From contig CAXXXF010000002.1 of the NCBI GenBank assembly GCA_963667175.2, positions 64,001 to 128,000 on the forward strand: a DNA stretch of 64,000 nucleotides, read 5' to 3'. Source of the DNA: Candidatus Latescibacterota bacterium. Lineage in GTDB: Bacteria; Latescibacterota; UBA2968; GCA-2709665. Of the stretch, positions 41,690-52,061 are shown one piece after another; within the stretch, counting starts at the first letter, position 1, and each line of letters starts with the position of its first letter. The notes beneath the pieces are model-generated. The model was given only the letters and a program-made list of their open reading frames with translations, did not search any database and was not told the origin of the DNA. Both the position numbers and the translations under genes were made by a program.

Positions 41690-42688
41690 ATGATGCCCGA
41701 AAAGGGAGAATGCCTCGACATGCTCAGGCGGATGTACCGCATCCGCTCTTTCGAAGCGCAGGTAAGAGACCACTACGACTACACCGGTTATCTTCGCGAA
41801 AATCCCGAAAGCGAAGGGGTCATCTCCGGCGCGGCCCACCTGGCCATCGGCCAGGAAGCCGCTGAAGTCGGCGTCTGCGCCGCCCTCGAACCCGATGACT
41901 TCGTGGCCAGCACGCACCGGGGTCATGGTCACGCCATCGCAAAAGGCGCGGACCTCAAGCCGATGATGGCGGAATTGATGGGGCGGAAACACGGGTACAG
42001 CGGCGGATGCGGCGGCTCCATGCACATCTTCAGTTCCGATTTCGGACTGATCGGGGGCAACGGAATCGTGGGCGCCCAGATCCCCATTGCCACCGGCGCC
42101 GCTTTCTCCGCGAAATATCGCGGCACACGACAGGTTTCCGTCGCTTTTTTCAGCGAAGGGGCCGCCAACCAGGGCGCTTTCCACGAAGCCCTGAACCTGG
42201 CCGCACTCTGGGACCTCCCCGCGATCTACGTCTGCGAAAACAACCTGTACGCCGCCACCACCCCCGCTTCCATCACGCTCTCGCCTCCGGACGTGGCAGC
42301 CAAGGCGGCCGCGTACGACATGCCCGGATTCATCGTCGATGGTCAGGACGTCCTCGCGGTGCGCAAGGTCGCTTCCCGGGCCGTCGCCAGAGCCCGCGAC
42401 GGAGATGGACCCACACTCGTCGAATGCAAGACCTACCGCTTTGTGAGCCACGCGGGCGGCGGCAAAGGCGACCACAACAATCCCGAGGAGCTCGAGACCT
42501 GGAAGCGCAAGGACCCGATCCGCATCTTCGAACGCAAGCTCTTCGAGGCCGGAACCCTGACTGAAGAAGAACAACAATCCATCGTTTCCGAAGCCGTAGC
42601 GGCCGCCGAAGAGGCCGTCGCGTACGGCAAGCGATCTCCGTATCCTGATTTCGAAGCGTTGCCCGTTACCTCAGGCGTCGCGCTATAG
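41690..42688 (+). CDS. TPP-dependent dehydrogenase E1 alpha (AcoA/PdhA-like)
   Basis: HLAIGQEA, HRGHGH, GGSMH, (S)EGAANQG..HEALN, CENN. Confidence 0.92.
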   Translation: MMPEKGECLDMLRRMYRIRSFEAQVRDHYDYTGYLRENPESEGVISGAAHLAIGQEAAEVGVCAALEPDDFVASTHRGHGHAIAKGADLKPMMAELMGRKHGYSGGCGGSMHIFSSDFGLIGGNGIVGAQIPIATGAAFSAKYRGTRQVSVAFFSEGAANQGAFHEALNLAALWDLPAIYVCENNLYAATTPASITLSPPDVAAKAAAYDMPGFIVDGQDVLAVRKVASRAVARARDGDGPTLVECKTYRFVSHAGGGKGDHNNPEELETWKRKDPIRIFERKLFEAGTLTEEEQQSIVSEAVAAAEEAVAYGKRSPYPDFEALPVTSGVAL

Positions 42689-42753
42689 CCTGATGGCCTG
42701 TCCCCTTCCGGATGGGCCGAGTTACCGTACTAAATGAGTCCGGAGACCGATCC

Positions 42754-43716
42754 ATGCCCCGCGTTTCATACGCCCAGGCGATAAGCGACGCCATCCGGGA
42801 AGAAATCGCCCGCGACGAGCGCGTCTTCACCATCGGCGAGGACATCGGTCCGGTCCGCGATCCTCAAAGCCTCTGGGACCAGTTCCGCGAACGCCGCGCG
42901 TGGCAGACTCCCATATCCGAATCGGGCTTCGTCGGGCTTGCGGTCGGCGCCGCCATGACCGGGCTGCGTCCGGTCGCCGTCATCATGTATTGCGACTTCG
43001 TGACCGTCTGCATGGACCCCATTGTCAACCAGGCCGCCAAGATCCATCTGATGTCCGGCGGCAACGTCGACGTCCCGCTGGTGATCCGCACGCCGGGCGG
43101 GGCCGGCACGCGTGAAGCCGGTCACCACAGCCAGAGCCTCGAGAGCTGGTTCGTCCATACGCCGGGCCTGAAAGTGGTGATGCCGGCCACGGCCGCCGAC
43201 GCCAAGGGCCTGATGAAGGCCGGCATCCGGGACGATGGCCCGGTCGTTTTTATCCAACATAGATTGCTGGGCGATATCGAAGAGGCCGTACCGGATGGCG
43301 ATCACGTCGTCCCCCTGGGCACGGCTGACGTCAAGCGCGAGGGCGCCGACGTGACCGTTGTCGCCGTTTCCTACGCCTTACGGAAATCGCTTCAAGCTGC
43401 TGAATCCCTGGACGGGGAAATCAGCGTGGAAGTGATCGATCCCCGTACCCTCGTCCCGCTCGACGTGGACGCCATCCTTCGCTCGGTCAAGAAAACCGGC
43501 CGCCTCCTGGTCGTGCACGAAGCCCCGACGCGCGGCGGCATCGGCGCGGAGGTCGTACGCCAGGTTACCGAAAAAGGCTTTGAACACCTTCGCAAGCCCC
43601 CTCTTGTCCTCGGCGGACTGAATACGCCGATGCCCTACAGCGCCCCGCTCGAAGACGCCTGCCTGCCTCAACCCAAAGACGTCGTAAACGCCATCAGAAA
43701 CTGCGTCCGCGCCTGA
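42754..43716 (+). CDS. TPP-dependent dehydrogenase E1 beta (AcoB/PdhB-like)
   Basis: GEDI, TPISESG, HHSQ, IDPRTLVPLD. Confidence 0.92.
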   Translation: MPRVSYAQAISDAIREEIARDERVFTIGEDIGPVRDPQSLWDQFRERRAWQTPISESGFVGLAVGAAMTGLRPVAVIMYCDFVTVCMDPIVNQAAKIHLMSGGNVDVPLVIRTPGGAGTREAGHHSQSLESWFVHTPGLKVVMPATAADAKGLMKAGIRDDGPVVFIQHRLLGDIEEAVPDGDHVVPLGTADVKREGADVTVVAVSYALRKSLQAAESLDGEISVEVIDPRTLVPLDVDAILRSVKKTGRLLVVHEAPTRGGIGAEVVRQVTEKGFEHLRKPPLVLGGLNTPMPYSAPLEDACLPQPKDVVNAIRNCVRA

Positions 43717-43723
43717 GAGGACC

Positions 43724-43748
43724 AGGGCAGGTTTGAAACCGCCCCTAC
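43724..43748 (-). repeat. GTAG-type REP hairpin
   Basis: Minus strand GTAG-GGGCGGTTTCAAACCTGCCC: GTAG tetramer followed by an imperfect palindrome. Confidence 0.7.
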
Positions 43749-43955
43749 CAGTCCGTTGAAAAAGTCGTTCTGCAGGCGAGGCCGAGGCATTGTGGCCGAA
43801 GACAAGGCGCGCGACCGACGCGAATCCCTGGATTCGGGGAGGGAGCGCCTGCCTGCTGCAGGCAGGCAACGCCGTATTTCGGTCGCAAGGGCCGGACGCC
43901 TGTCTGCGTGCGAACGCACAGGCAGGCAGACCGGATGGACTTTTTCAACGGGCTG
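43749..43955. mobile_element. MITE copy 3 (207 bp) with CTAC target duplication
   Basis: CTAC[CAGTCCGTTGAAAAA...TTTTTCAACGGGCTG]CTAC. Confidence 0.9.
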
Positions 43956-44063
43956 CTACGGTCGCGCGTAGAACCGCTCCCACTTGCGCTGACACGCTGT
44001 GGTTGCCCCACCGTCGTTGTGCGGGTACGCTTTCCTGCGGACGGATCGAGAGCGGGTCGTCGG

Positions 44064-46451
44064 TTACTCAGCCTTCCCCAGGCGATAGCCGACGCCAAAC
44101 TCAGTGAAAATATACGCGGGGTCGTTGGCGTCGTCCCCCAACTTGCGGCGGAGTTTTTTTATCGTTGTACGCAACACCTGAGTATTGTCGAAATTTCCTA
44201 TGCGCCAGACGGTCTTCAACAGGTGTTGGTAGGTTAATATCCGGCCGGCGTTGCCCGCCAGCTCGGCCAACGTCCGGTATTCGATTTCGGTTAATCGCGC
44301 CGGCGCGCCGCCAACCGTCACCCGACGCGATACGTAGTCTATGTTCAGGTCGCCCAGCGCAAAGGGGCTCGTGGGCTGTGACCGATCACCGGCCGGCCGT
44401 CGTCGCAGCGCCGCTCTGATCCTGGCCGTCAGTTCCATCACGGAGAAGGGCTTGACGATATAGTCGTCGGCGCCGGCATCGAAAGCCCTGGCGACCGCTT
44501 GCTCGTGGCCGTACGCGGAAATGAAGATGACCGGCACATCCGCGTCGTCCACGATGCGACCCATCAGTTCGACCCCGTCTGTTCCCGGTAGTACCAGGTC
44601 CAGGAGGACCAGGTGGGGACGATACCTTCGTATTAACCCGGGCACTTCCTCCGGATCGCCGGTGACGAGCGGCACATACCCCTCGTTCGAAAGCGCTGCC
44701 CGCACGTTGCGCAGCGTCTGCGGATCGTCGTCCACAATCAGGATCGGGGTTGATCGCTGCCCATTTTCATCCGGTCCTGCAGTGGCTGCAACGCCTTCTG
44801 CGCTCCGCACGTGCCCGGCTTCCTCTGTAATTGGAATGCTGAACCTGAACGTTGCTCCCCTTCCAACCCCTTCGCTCTCTGCCTGTATCCGTCCGCCGTG
44901 GGCTTCCACGATTCCCTTGCAGATGGCCAGACCCCAACCCGTCCCCGGATTACCTCGCGCATCCTCGTCCGCATCCCGCCTGGGGAACTTCCTGAACAGG
45001 AGGGGAAGACGGTCGGCGGAGATGCCGCGGCCTCTGTCAGCAACGGAGACCGATACATGCACGCCGTCCCGTGTCGCCGTCACGCGGATCGGAGAGGTCC
45101 GGGGAGAGTTCCGGGCAGCGTTGGAAATCAGGTTCTCCAATACCTGCACGATTCGCCCGCCATCCGCCATGACCGGGGGGAGATCGGTCTCCAACTCCAG
45201 ATGGATTTCGTTTTGACCTCCGCTATTGAGGAACGTATTCCGGGCCTGATCGACCAGATCCGTTATTGGCGTACATACCGGATTTATCTGAAACGTCCCG
45301 GTCGCGATGCGCGCGACGTCCAGCAGGTCGTTGATCAGTCCATCCATTCGGTCGGATTGATCCACGATGATGCGGAAGATTTGCACGATTTCGGCCGTTC
45401 CCATGGAGGTCGCGTCGATCAGCCCCGACGTCGCAGAGCTATTTATGGCCGCCAGTGGCGCGCGCAACTCGTGGCTTACCATGGCCAGGAACTCGGCCCG
45501 CAGGCGCTCCAGTTCATCCAGATGGGTCATGTCCTGCATCGTCACGACAAAGGACTCGATGATGCCTGCTTCCGAACGGATCGGCGTCGCATTCAGAAGG
45601 ACAGTCACGCTTCTGCCGTCCGGAACCCCTAAGATCACCTCCTCTCCTCGAACCGTCTCACCGGTACTGAACGCATCCGCAAGCGATTGGTGCTGTAGTG
45701 AGACCATTCGACCATCGGCTCGTCTGATGGTCAGATCCTCCAATAGTTCCTCCGCGGAACCGTCGTGGAGTCGCAAGCCATCGAGGATTCTTTCCGTCTC
45801 CGTGTTCAAAGAGACAAGCCGCCCTGTTGCGGCTTCGAAGACGGCCACGCCCACTGGCGAGGTATCTATGAGGGCCTCGAGATCGGCCCGGACGCGCTGT
45901 TCCTCCCGGAATCGCAGGGCGTTTGTGATCACCAGGGCCGCCAGGGAGGCAAACGTCACGAGGATCTCTTCATCTTCAGCGCTAAACTCCCAGCCATGTG
46001 CCTTCTCGGACACGAAGAAGGCGCCCAGACTTCTGCCCTGAAGTCGGATCGGCGCAGCCAGAAACGACAGCTCAGGGCTCGTCGGAACGGGCGGGCTGAA
46101 CCTGGGCAGACCAAGCGAGCGTGTGTGGCTGTGAAAGTTTCGCAGCCTCAGCGGCGCTTCCAGACTTCGAAATTGCTTGAAGATCGTCTCTCCCTCAGGG
46201 GAGTTCCACAATTGCCTGGTCTCTTCGGGCGACATGCCGGAGGTGAGATTGTCCCGCACCTGCCCGGCATCGTCGAATAACGTAATCAATCCGTACTTCG
46301 CGTCGGTCAGCGAACGTACGCTGTCCACCACGCCGCGCAACACCGTCTCAAAGTCAAGGCTCGCGTTGATTCGCGCGATGGCCTGGCTCAATGGCGTCAG
46401 TCGATCGTTCGGCTCGTTACTCATTCCTGCACGTTCGTCAATACCGGTCAT
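44064..46451 (-). CDS. Cytoplasmic hybrid sensor-regulator GAF-PAS-HisKA-HATPase-REC-wHTH
   Basis: SHELRAPL, NLISNA, GTGWGLAI; ILIVDDD...LLDLVLP...KPF receiver; OmpR-type LRRKLGDD..FTEFGVGYRL. Confidence 0.9.
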   Translation of the reverse strand: MTGIDERAGMSNEPNDRLTPLSQAIARINASLDFETVLRGVVDSVRSLTDAKYGLITLFDDAGQVRDNLTSGMSPEETRQLWNSPEGETIFKQFRSLEAPLRLRNFHSHTRSLGLPRFSPPVPTSPELSFLAAPIRLQGRSLGAFFVSEKAHGWEFSAEDEEILVTFASLAALVITNALRFREEQRVRADLEALIDTSPVGVAVFEAATGRLVSLNTETERILDGLRLHDGSAEELLEDLTIRRADGRMVSLQHQSLADAFSTGETVRGEEVILGVPDGRSVTVLLNATPIRSEAGIIESFVVTMQDMTHLDELERLRAEFLAMVSHELRAPLAAINSSATSGLIDATSMGTAEIVQIFRIIVDQSDRMDGLINDLLDVARIATGTFQINPVCTPITDLVDQARNTFLNSGGQNEIHLELETDLPPVMADGGRIVQVLENLISNAARNSPRTSPIRVTATRDGVHVSVSVADRGRGISADRLPLLFRKFPRRDADEDARGNPGTGWGLAICKGIVEAHGGRIQAESEGVGRGATFRFSIPITEEAGHVRSAEGVAATAGPDENGQRSTPILIVDDDPQTLRNVRAALSNEGYVPLVTGDPEEVPGLIRRYRPHLVLLDLVLPGTDGVELMGRIVDDADVPVIFISAYGHEQAVARAFDAGADDYIVKPFSVMELTARIRAALRRRPAGDRSQPTSPFALGDLNIDYVSRRVTVGGAPARLTEIEYRTLAELAGNAGRILTYQHLLKTVWRIGNFDNTQVLRTTIKKLRRKLGDDANDPAYIFTEFGVGYRLGKAE

Positions 46452-46774
46452 TCTTCCTCCCCTGTTGTGCAGAACCCGCCCGGATCATTCGATTGCCCAC
46501 GATTGCAAATACCGCTGAATTCCTGACTGCAGGCGCCTACCCGTGCCGTATTGTGAACTCTGCATTGCGGCACGTCTGAATATAAGGAAAAACTCCCCTG
46601 AAGAAGGATCAATCACAAAATTAACACACATATTGCCCGATTAAACACATCGGACACACAGATTTCTTTCTAGTTTTCCGTTCCGGAATGTGTTTGGTTC
46701 GTCAAACCACGCCAGGCCGTTCGGCCACTTCTGACGCGAGGCCCTCCGGCCATGCTGTGGAAGCCGTTGTGAGG

Positions 46775-46799
46775 GTGGGGCAGACATTCCTGTCTGCCC
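46775..46799 (+). repeat. GTGG-type REP hairpin
   Basis: GTG-GGGCAGACA-TTCC-TGTCTGCCC. Confidence 0.7.
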
Positions 46800-46886
46800 A
46801 TGTCCGCTAACCTGACTTGTTTCTGAGGAGAAGCCTCGCCGGATCACGGAAATCTTGATCGAGGTTGGTAAATCGGTAGGTCGTCT

Positions 46887-47993
46887 ATGAGACTGTTTTC
46901 AAGCGTCATGATTCTGTCGGTCCTGACGACGGGTCCTGTTTACGGCCATAGCTTCGGCGAAGGATTTCGCGTGACGCCTAAGGACATAGCACCCTTTGTG
47001 GCACTGGCCGCCGTGTTCGGACAGGCGTTCGGGGACGGGAATTACAACGTTATGCAGGATCTGCCGCCGAGGATCCTTGCGGACAAATACCTGATGCAGG
47101 CGGAGCAACTCCTCGAGAAGAAGGAATTCGACGGCGCGCTGAAGTTCGTTGAGAGGATCATCGCACTGCGCAAGAAACACGGCTTCGCCTTGCGGGACGA
47201 GTTTCATTACAAGCACGCCAGGATTGCATACGCTGCCGGGAGGATCCCAACGGCAATCACTGCCGCGAGCGCGTATCTGTCATCCGGCAGTGAGGGAGAA
47301 TTCTATAAGGATGCGATGGCGTTGTTGATCAAGGCGCAGGAGCTCGAATTTACACCCGACAAGACGTGCACGGGCAAGTCGGAGGGCGGCGGCTGTTGGA
47401 TGGCGCTGGCAAACCATCCTGACTGTTACGTCTGGAACCCCTACCCTGTGAAGGACGAAACCGTGACATGGACTGGCGGCTGTGCAGGAAACGTGGCCAA
47501 CGGCGAGGGAACGCTCACGTGGGCTGTCTCTGACGGCGACTCCAACAAGGTGACGTCAACAAACACAGGCCGGTTGCATTACGGAAGATTCGATGGTCAT
47601 TGGGTGTTGCGTTTTCCAGATGGGCCGGACCATGAAGGTCCGTTCGTGGATGGGAAGGCAAACGGCCATTGGATCTTACGCCATTCGGATGGGAGGGTTA
47701 GTGAAGGTCCTTTTGTTTCCGGAAGCAGAAACGGCCATTGGGTCGAACATTACTTGAATGGGTATGTCGGAAAAGGTCCGTACGTGGATGGGAAGCAAAA
47801 CGGTTATTGGGTCGTCCGGAAGAATAATAGTTATAAAAGTAAGGTTAGATTCGTGGTTGGGAAGCAAGAAGGCAGTTACCTGCGGTTCCGTCCGGATCGG
47901 CCGACCGGAGAAAGATGCAAGTCTGCCACGTATCGGAATGGCGATCGAGTAACGGAATGGAACGTCGTGAACGAATCAATGTGTGATTTCTAA
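46887..47993 (+). CDS. Secreted MORN-like repeat protein with a Cys-rich linker
   Basis: Signal peptide, helical domain, CWMALANHPDCYVWN..WTGGC, and repeated EGPFVDGKxNGHW units. Confidence 0.75.
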   Translation: MRLFSSVMILSVLTTGPVYGHSFGEGFRVTPKDIAPFVALAAVFGQAFGDGNYNVMQDLPPRILADKYLMQAEQLLEKKEFDGALKFVERIIALRKKHGFALRDEFHYKHARIAYAAGRIPTAITAASAYLSSGSEGEFYKDAMALLIKAQELEFTPDKTCTGKSEGGGCWMALANHPDCYVWNPYPVKDETVTWTGGCAGNVANGEGTLTWAVSDGDSNKVTSTNTGRLHYGRFDGHWVLRFPDGPDHEGPFVDGKANGHWILRHSDGRVSEGPFVSGSRNGHWVEHYLNGYVGKGPYVDGKQNGYWVVRKNNSYKSKVRFVVGKQEGSYLRFRPDRPTGERCKSATYRNGDRVTEWNVVNESMCDF

Positions 47994-49348
47994 TTCGATC
48001 AACCACATATCGCAGCCAGTCATTGCGCGAACTCATCAAGAATCGTAGCGCTGTGCGTCGAGAATAGATCGCCAGGGTGAAGAGGAATCGACAAGAAGTG
48101 TAAATGCGAACAAGCGCGAGAATCGGTGACCGGCGAAATACCTCTCGCAGTATCGCCGGACCGTTCCGGCCGTAAATGACCCGGGCGCACACGACCGGAC
48201 CATTCCGCCAAGCGCGGCCTGACGTCGCCGAATCCGGACGGCCCAGCGGGCCGGAGACGGCACAAGAATGCCGCAGATGTCGCAAAATGCGACAGTTCGT
48301 CTGCGGCCAAGCGGAATGACTCACGCGAAGTTTGCAGGGGAGATATCGATCTGAGAAGGGGGCAAGATCGCGGAAGCAGGGCGAGAAAGGCCGGGTTGGC
48401 CCCCCGCGGGTACGGCGACTATTCAGATTGACTAGGTCCCAAATGCGAGCGTCGGGCGGCATAAAATGGCTGGCCGAAGATTTGGCACAGCGATTTGGCC
48501 TGTACTTCGCGTCTGCCAATTGAGGAGTTGTAGCATGACGAAAATTAGGGGAACAACAAAGCGTATCGTCGGCGTGCCGCAATTCACGACATGGTCAAGC
48601 GTTTTAGCACCTATCTTCAAGATACCGCCGAGGCTAAAAGCATTCGCCCGCAAGGTAAAGTCGTGCCCTATAGCGCACATCCAAGGGATAGCCCGGACAG
48701 GACCATACATCATCCTTAGTTCGTCCTTCTACCCCCATGAAATCATAGTTGTAGATTCGTCGAACGAAAACCCTGAATACAAAAAGTCATATTCGTTGCC
48801 TGATTGCTATGAACATGCTGGAGGTATTGATGTACTCGAAACAGCTGAAGAAGACACCTGGTGTATCGCGGTGCCGGTGTGGAAGAAGACTGGCTCAGGG
48901 GGCGCGGTTTTACTGTATTCTCTTAAATGCGGGTGTGAGGGTCAACCATGTCTCACTCATCGCGCCTCCATTAGGATAGACGAGAAGGCGTACGCAGCCG
49001 GTATTGACAAAATCGGAGAGCGTATCGTGTTGGCTGTGGTATGCGACGCAGATGGTAAAAAGGTACGGTTCTTCAAATCTAATACTACCGACCCGTTTGG
49101 TGGCTACACCCAGTTAGGGAATGTGTGGTGTGAGTCGCGTGCAAACAAAGACAACTGGTATCCAGACCAAGAATGGGCAGGCTACCCTAATAACGTGTCG
49201 CTCGTATCCTATCAGAATTGCCTTTACCTGATCGGGTTAAAGGGGATCGGTAAGTGGCGGCGACTATCGTCGTTGATCGGGTTGTATAAAAAAACAAAGG
49301 ATACCCTACGTGCCAATATAGGGTGAGACAACTCCCCCTTCGAGATTA

Positions 49349-49849
49349 ATGTCGTATCATGGGCGGAGAGGAGAACAAGAGATGAGGTCAAGGACCGATG
49401 TTGTAGGCAACGGCAGCAAGGGGTCTCTGGTTGTGGAGGTCCCGCGCGGGACCTCCACAACCACGAGGCCGAATCCGGAAGTGCCGGCGCGTGCGCGGCG
49501 TCGCCGTTTCACGGCAAAGTACAAGCTTCGCATCTTGGAAGAGGCCGACGCGTGCCGTGCCCCTGGTGAAGTCGGCGCGCTGCTGCGCCGCGAGGGTCTG
49601 TATTCCTCGCAGTTGACGCAGTGGCGTCGTGCGCGTCGCGAGGGGTCGCTCAAGGCGCTGTTGAAGCTGCGGGGACCGAAAGGGCGTCGCCGCGACGAGG
49701 TATCCGTCGAGAACGAGCAACTGCGCAAGGAGATCGCCCGTTTGCGACGACGATTGGAACAGGCGAACACGATCCTCGAGATCCAAAAAAAAGCCTCCGA
49801 GATCCTGGGCATCCCCCTGAATCCGCCAGCAGGCGACGACGACGTATGA
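49349..49849 (+). CDS. IS3 transposase OrfA (HTH)
   Basis: RRRFTAKYKLRILEEAD..LLRREGLYSS; A8 slippery run at 49785-49792. Confidence 0.9.
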   Translation: MSYHGRRGEQEMRSRTDVVGNGSKGSLVVEVPRGTSTTTRPNPEVPARARRRRFTAKYKLRILEEADACRAPGEVGALLRREGLYSSQLTQWRRARREGSLKALLKLRGPKGRRRDEVSVENEQLRKEIARLRRRLEQANTILEIQKKASEILGIPLNPPAGDDDV

Positions 49850-50859
49850 TACGGGCGGCAGAACAACTGGCCCCGAAGGTCGGGTTGGCTTCCGCGTGCC
49901 GGGCCCTGGGTGTGGCGCGGGCATCGGTCTACCGTGCGCGTCAGCCAGCCCAACGCGGGCCTCGTGGCGCCCGGTCCTCGTCGCCACGTGCGCTTTCCCA
50001 AAACGAGCGCGCTACCGTGCTGGACATCCTGCACGAGGACCGCTTCGTAGACCAGGCGCCACCGGCAGTCTACGCCGCGCTGCTCGAGGAAGGGCGGTAT
50101 GTCTGCTCGATCCGGACCATGTACCGTCTGCTGCACGATGCAGGAGAGGTGCCCCAGCGGCGACACCAGCGGCGTCATCCACGTCTGGAACCGCCCCGCT
50201 TGATGGCGGATGCGCCCAACCAGGTCTGGACATGGGATATCACGCGGCTGCCAGGAACCCGCAAGTGGGAAACCTATCCCCTCTACGTCGTACTGGATCT
50301 GTTCTCACGCTATGTCGTGGCCTGGATGGTCGCCACAAGAGAAAGCGCCACATACGCCAAGCGCCTGATCACCAACGCCTGCACCAAGCAGGGCATTCAA
50401 CCCCGACAACTGACGCTGCACCAGGACCGCGGCGCACCCATGACAGCCAAGACGTTTTCGCAGTTGCTGATGGACCTCGACATCCTGGCCAGCTACGCTC
50501 GACCCCGCGTCTCCGATGACAACCCGTATTCCGAAAGCCAGTTCAAAACGCTCAAATACGCGCCTTCATACCCCGGGCGCTTCACCGGTCCGCAAGAAGC
50601 CCGCACCTATTTACAGACCTTCTTTTCCTGGTACAACACGCAACACCGGCACAGTGGACTGGGCTTACTCACGCCCGACACCGTCCACCATGGGCTCACA
50701 CAGCAGGTTCAAGCCGACAGACAATCCGTGCTGGATCAGGCTTATCACAACCACCCTGAACGATTTGTTAAGGGGCATCCTCGACCACCACACGTTCCGG
50801 ACCAAGTCTGGATTAACCAACCACAGAACACCATCGAATGCCAACAACTGCTACACTAA
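49846..50859 (+). CDS. IS3 transposase OrfB (DDE integrase core)
   Basis: PNQVWTWDIT, LDLFSRYVVAW, HQDRG, DNPYSESQFKTLKY. Confidence 0.93.
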   Translation: MIRAAEQLAPKVGLASACRALGVARASVYRARQPAQRGPRGARSSSPRALSQNERATVLDILHEDRFVDQAPPAVYAALLEEGRYVCSIRTMYRLLHDAGEVPQRRHQRRHPRLEPPRLMADAPNQVWTWDITRLPGTRKWETYPLYVVLDLFSRYVVAWMVATRESATYAKRLITNACTKQGIQPRQLTLHQDRGAPMTAKTFSQLLMDLDILASYARPRVSDDNPYSESQFKTLKYAPSYPGRFTGPQEARTYLQTFFSWYNTQHRHSGLGLLTPDTVHHGLTQQVQADRQSVLDQAYHNHPERFVKGHPRPPHVPDQVWINQPQNTIECQQLLH

Positions 50860-52061
50860 ACCCCAACGGGAGGTGTCTCATTTCTATTGACACGTTCCGA
50901 TATCGCAGATCTCTACAAGGTGAATATGTGCAGGGGACAGGTGGTTCTTCAGAAATGCGATCATTGGGAGTTTCAGTGCAAAAGACGGGCTTCATTTCGT
51001 TGGGGCGGGAATGCACGAGTGGTCAATGATTGCGGGAAGATTGAGGTGCTCACTTGTGACCTTTATGCTCGGGCTGGGATTATAAGCGGCGGTAAAACAG
51101 TGTTGTATGTAAATCTGTTCTATATTGGTTAATTGGGGGTTGTGTTGTTTCTTTCTTGACATGTTCCGTCAGACGCAACTTAGTTCGCTTGCGGATGTAA
51201 CGCTAATTCCTGAAGGAGGCTTGCCCCCTGGACCCCAAAAAGAGGCGAAGCGGAATGGTGGGCGGGGCGCCGCTCGTTTACGATCCGCGGCAAGCCGGCC
51301 GAGCAGGTCATCCGAAACGCGTACGCGGCCTATTGACAGATTTTCGGGAGATGGAAACGAGGGTATTCAGTCGATTACATCACACGAATCGAGGGAGGAG
51401 ATGAACAAATGAAGCGATGGATATGGGCAGCCTATGTGTTTTGTGCAATAAGTTGTCTTGCTATTGCAGTGTGTTATCTCAATACCGATTGGGCGGTAGA
51501 CTTCTATGCGATCATTGGAGGGGTGTTGTATCTCTTGCTTGCTATTTACGGTATCCTGGTCGACAAGATCGCATTCCGAGTTGTGGAAATCTTGTATCGG
51601 GTATCGGGTCAAGTTGAGATGCTATATTGCGCCGATCTGTTGTTCATGCAACGTCCGCAGAGAGTGGTTCCGATCGACCTAATCACGCCAGTTGGGTGCC
51701 ATCCAGGTTTCAGACTTCCCGTCGACGTTTCTCCCTTCCGAGTGGTCTCGCCGACAGTAGAATTCTGGATCGCCAGGTATTGGCGCGCATGTGCTTGGGC
51801 GAGTTGGCTCGCGCGATCGCTTATCTGGTCTGATGGGACACCAGTTGGCCAGCAACTTCATGCACCAGCCGGCCGTGCAGGATGGTTGGAATTCTCGAGC
51901 GTCAAGTACCGTTGTCGGAAGCACGCCCTGTCAACTGGGATTCGCAGGTACATCATTGTGATCCCGCCGATCGGATTTTCAGCGGTCACATCCGCCCGAC
52001 ACTCCAACACGGCTCAGCTACCGCTCCTCCCGGTGATCAGGACGGACGCGAATTCGCTTAA

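Larger units (their letters stand above)
49304..50899 (+). mobile_element. IS3-family insertion sequence (~1.6 kb)
   Basis: Imperfect terminal repeats ..ACGTG(C/T)CAATA..TGAGACA(A/C)CTCCC; ATA (or GATA) duplication; orfA/orfB. Confidence 0.85.
48535..51132 (+). pseudogene. Hypothetical protein gene split by IS3
   Basis: GAGGAG RBS; removing 49304-50899 and one ATA restores the frame ...KKTKD-IADLYKVN...FRWGGNA. Confidence 0.75.
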
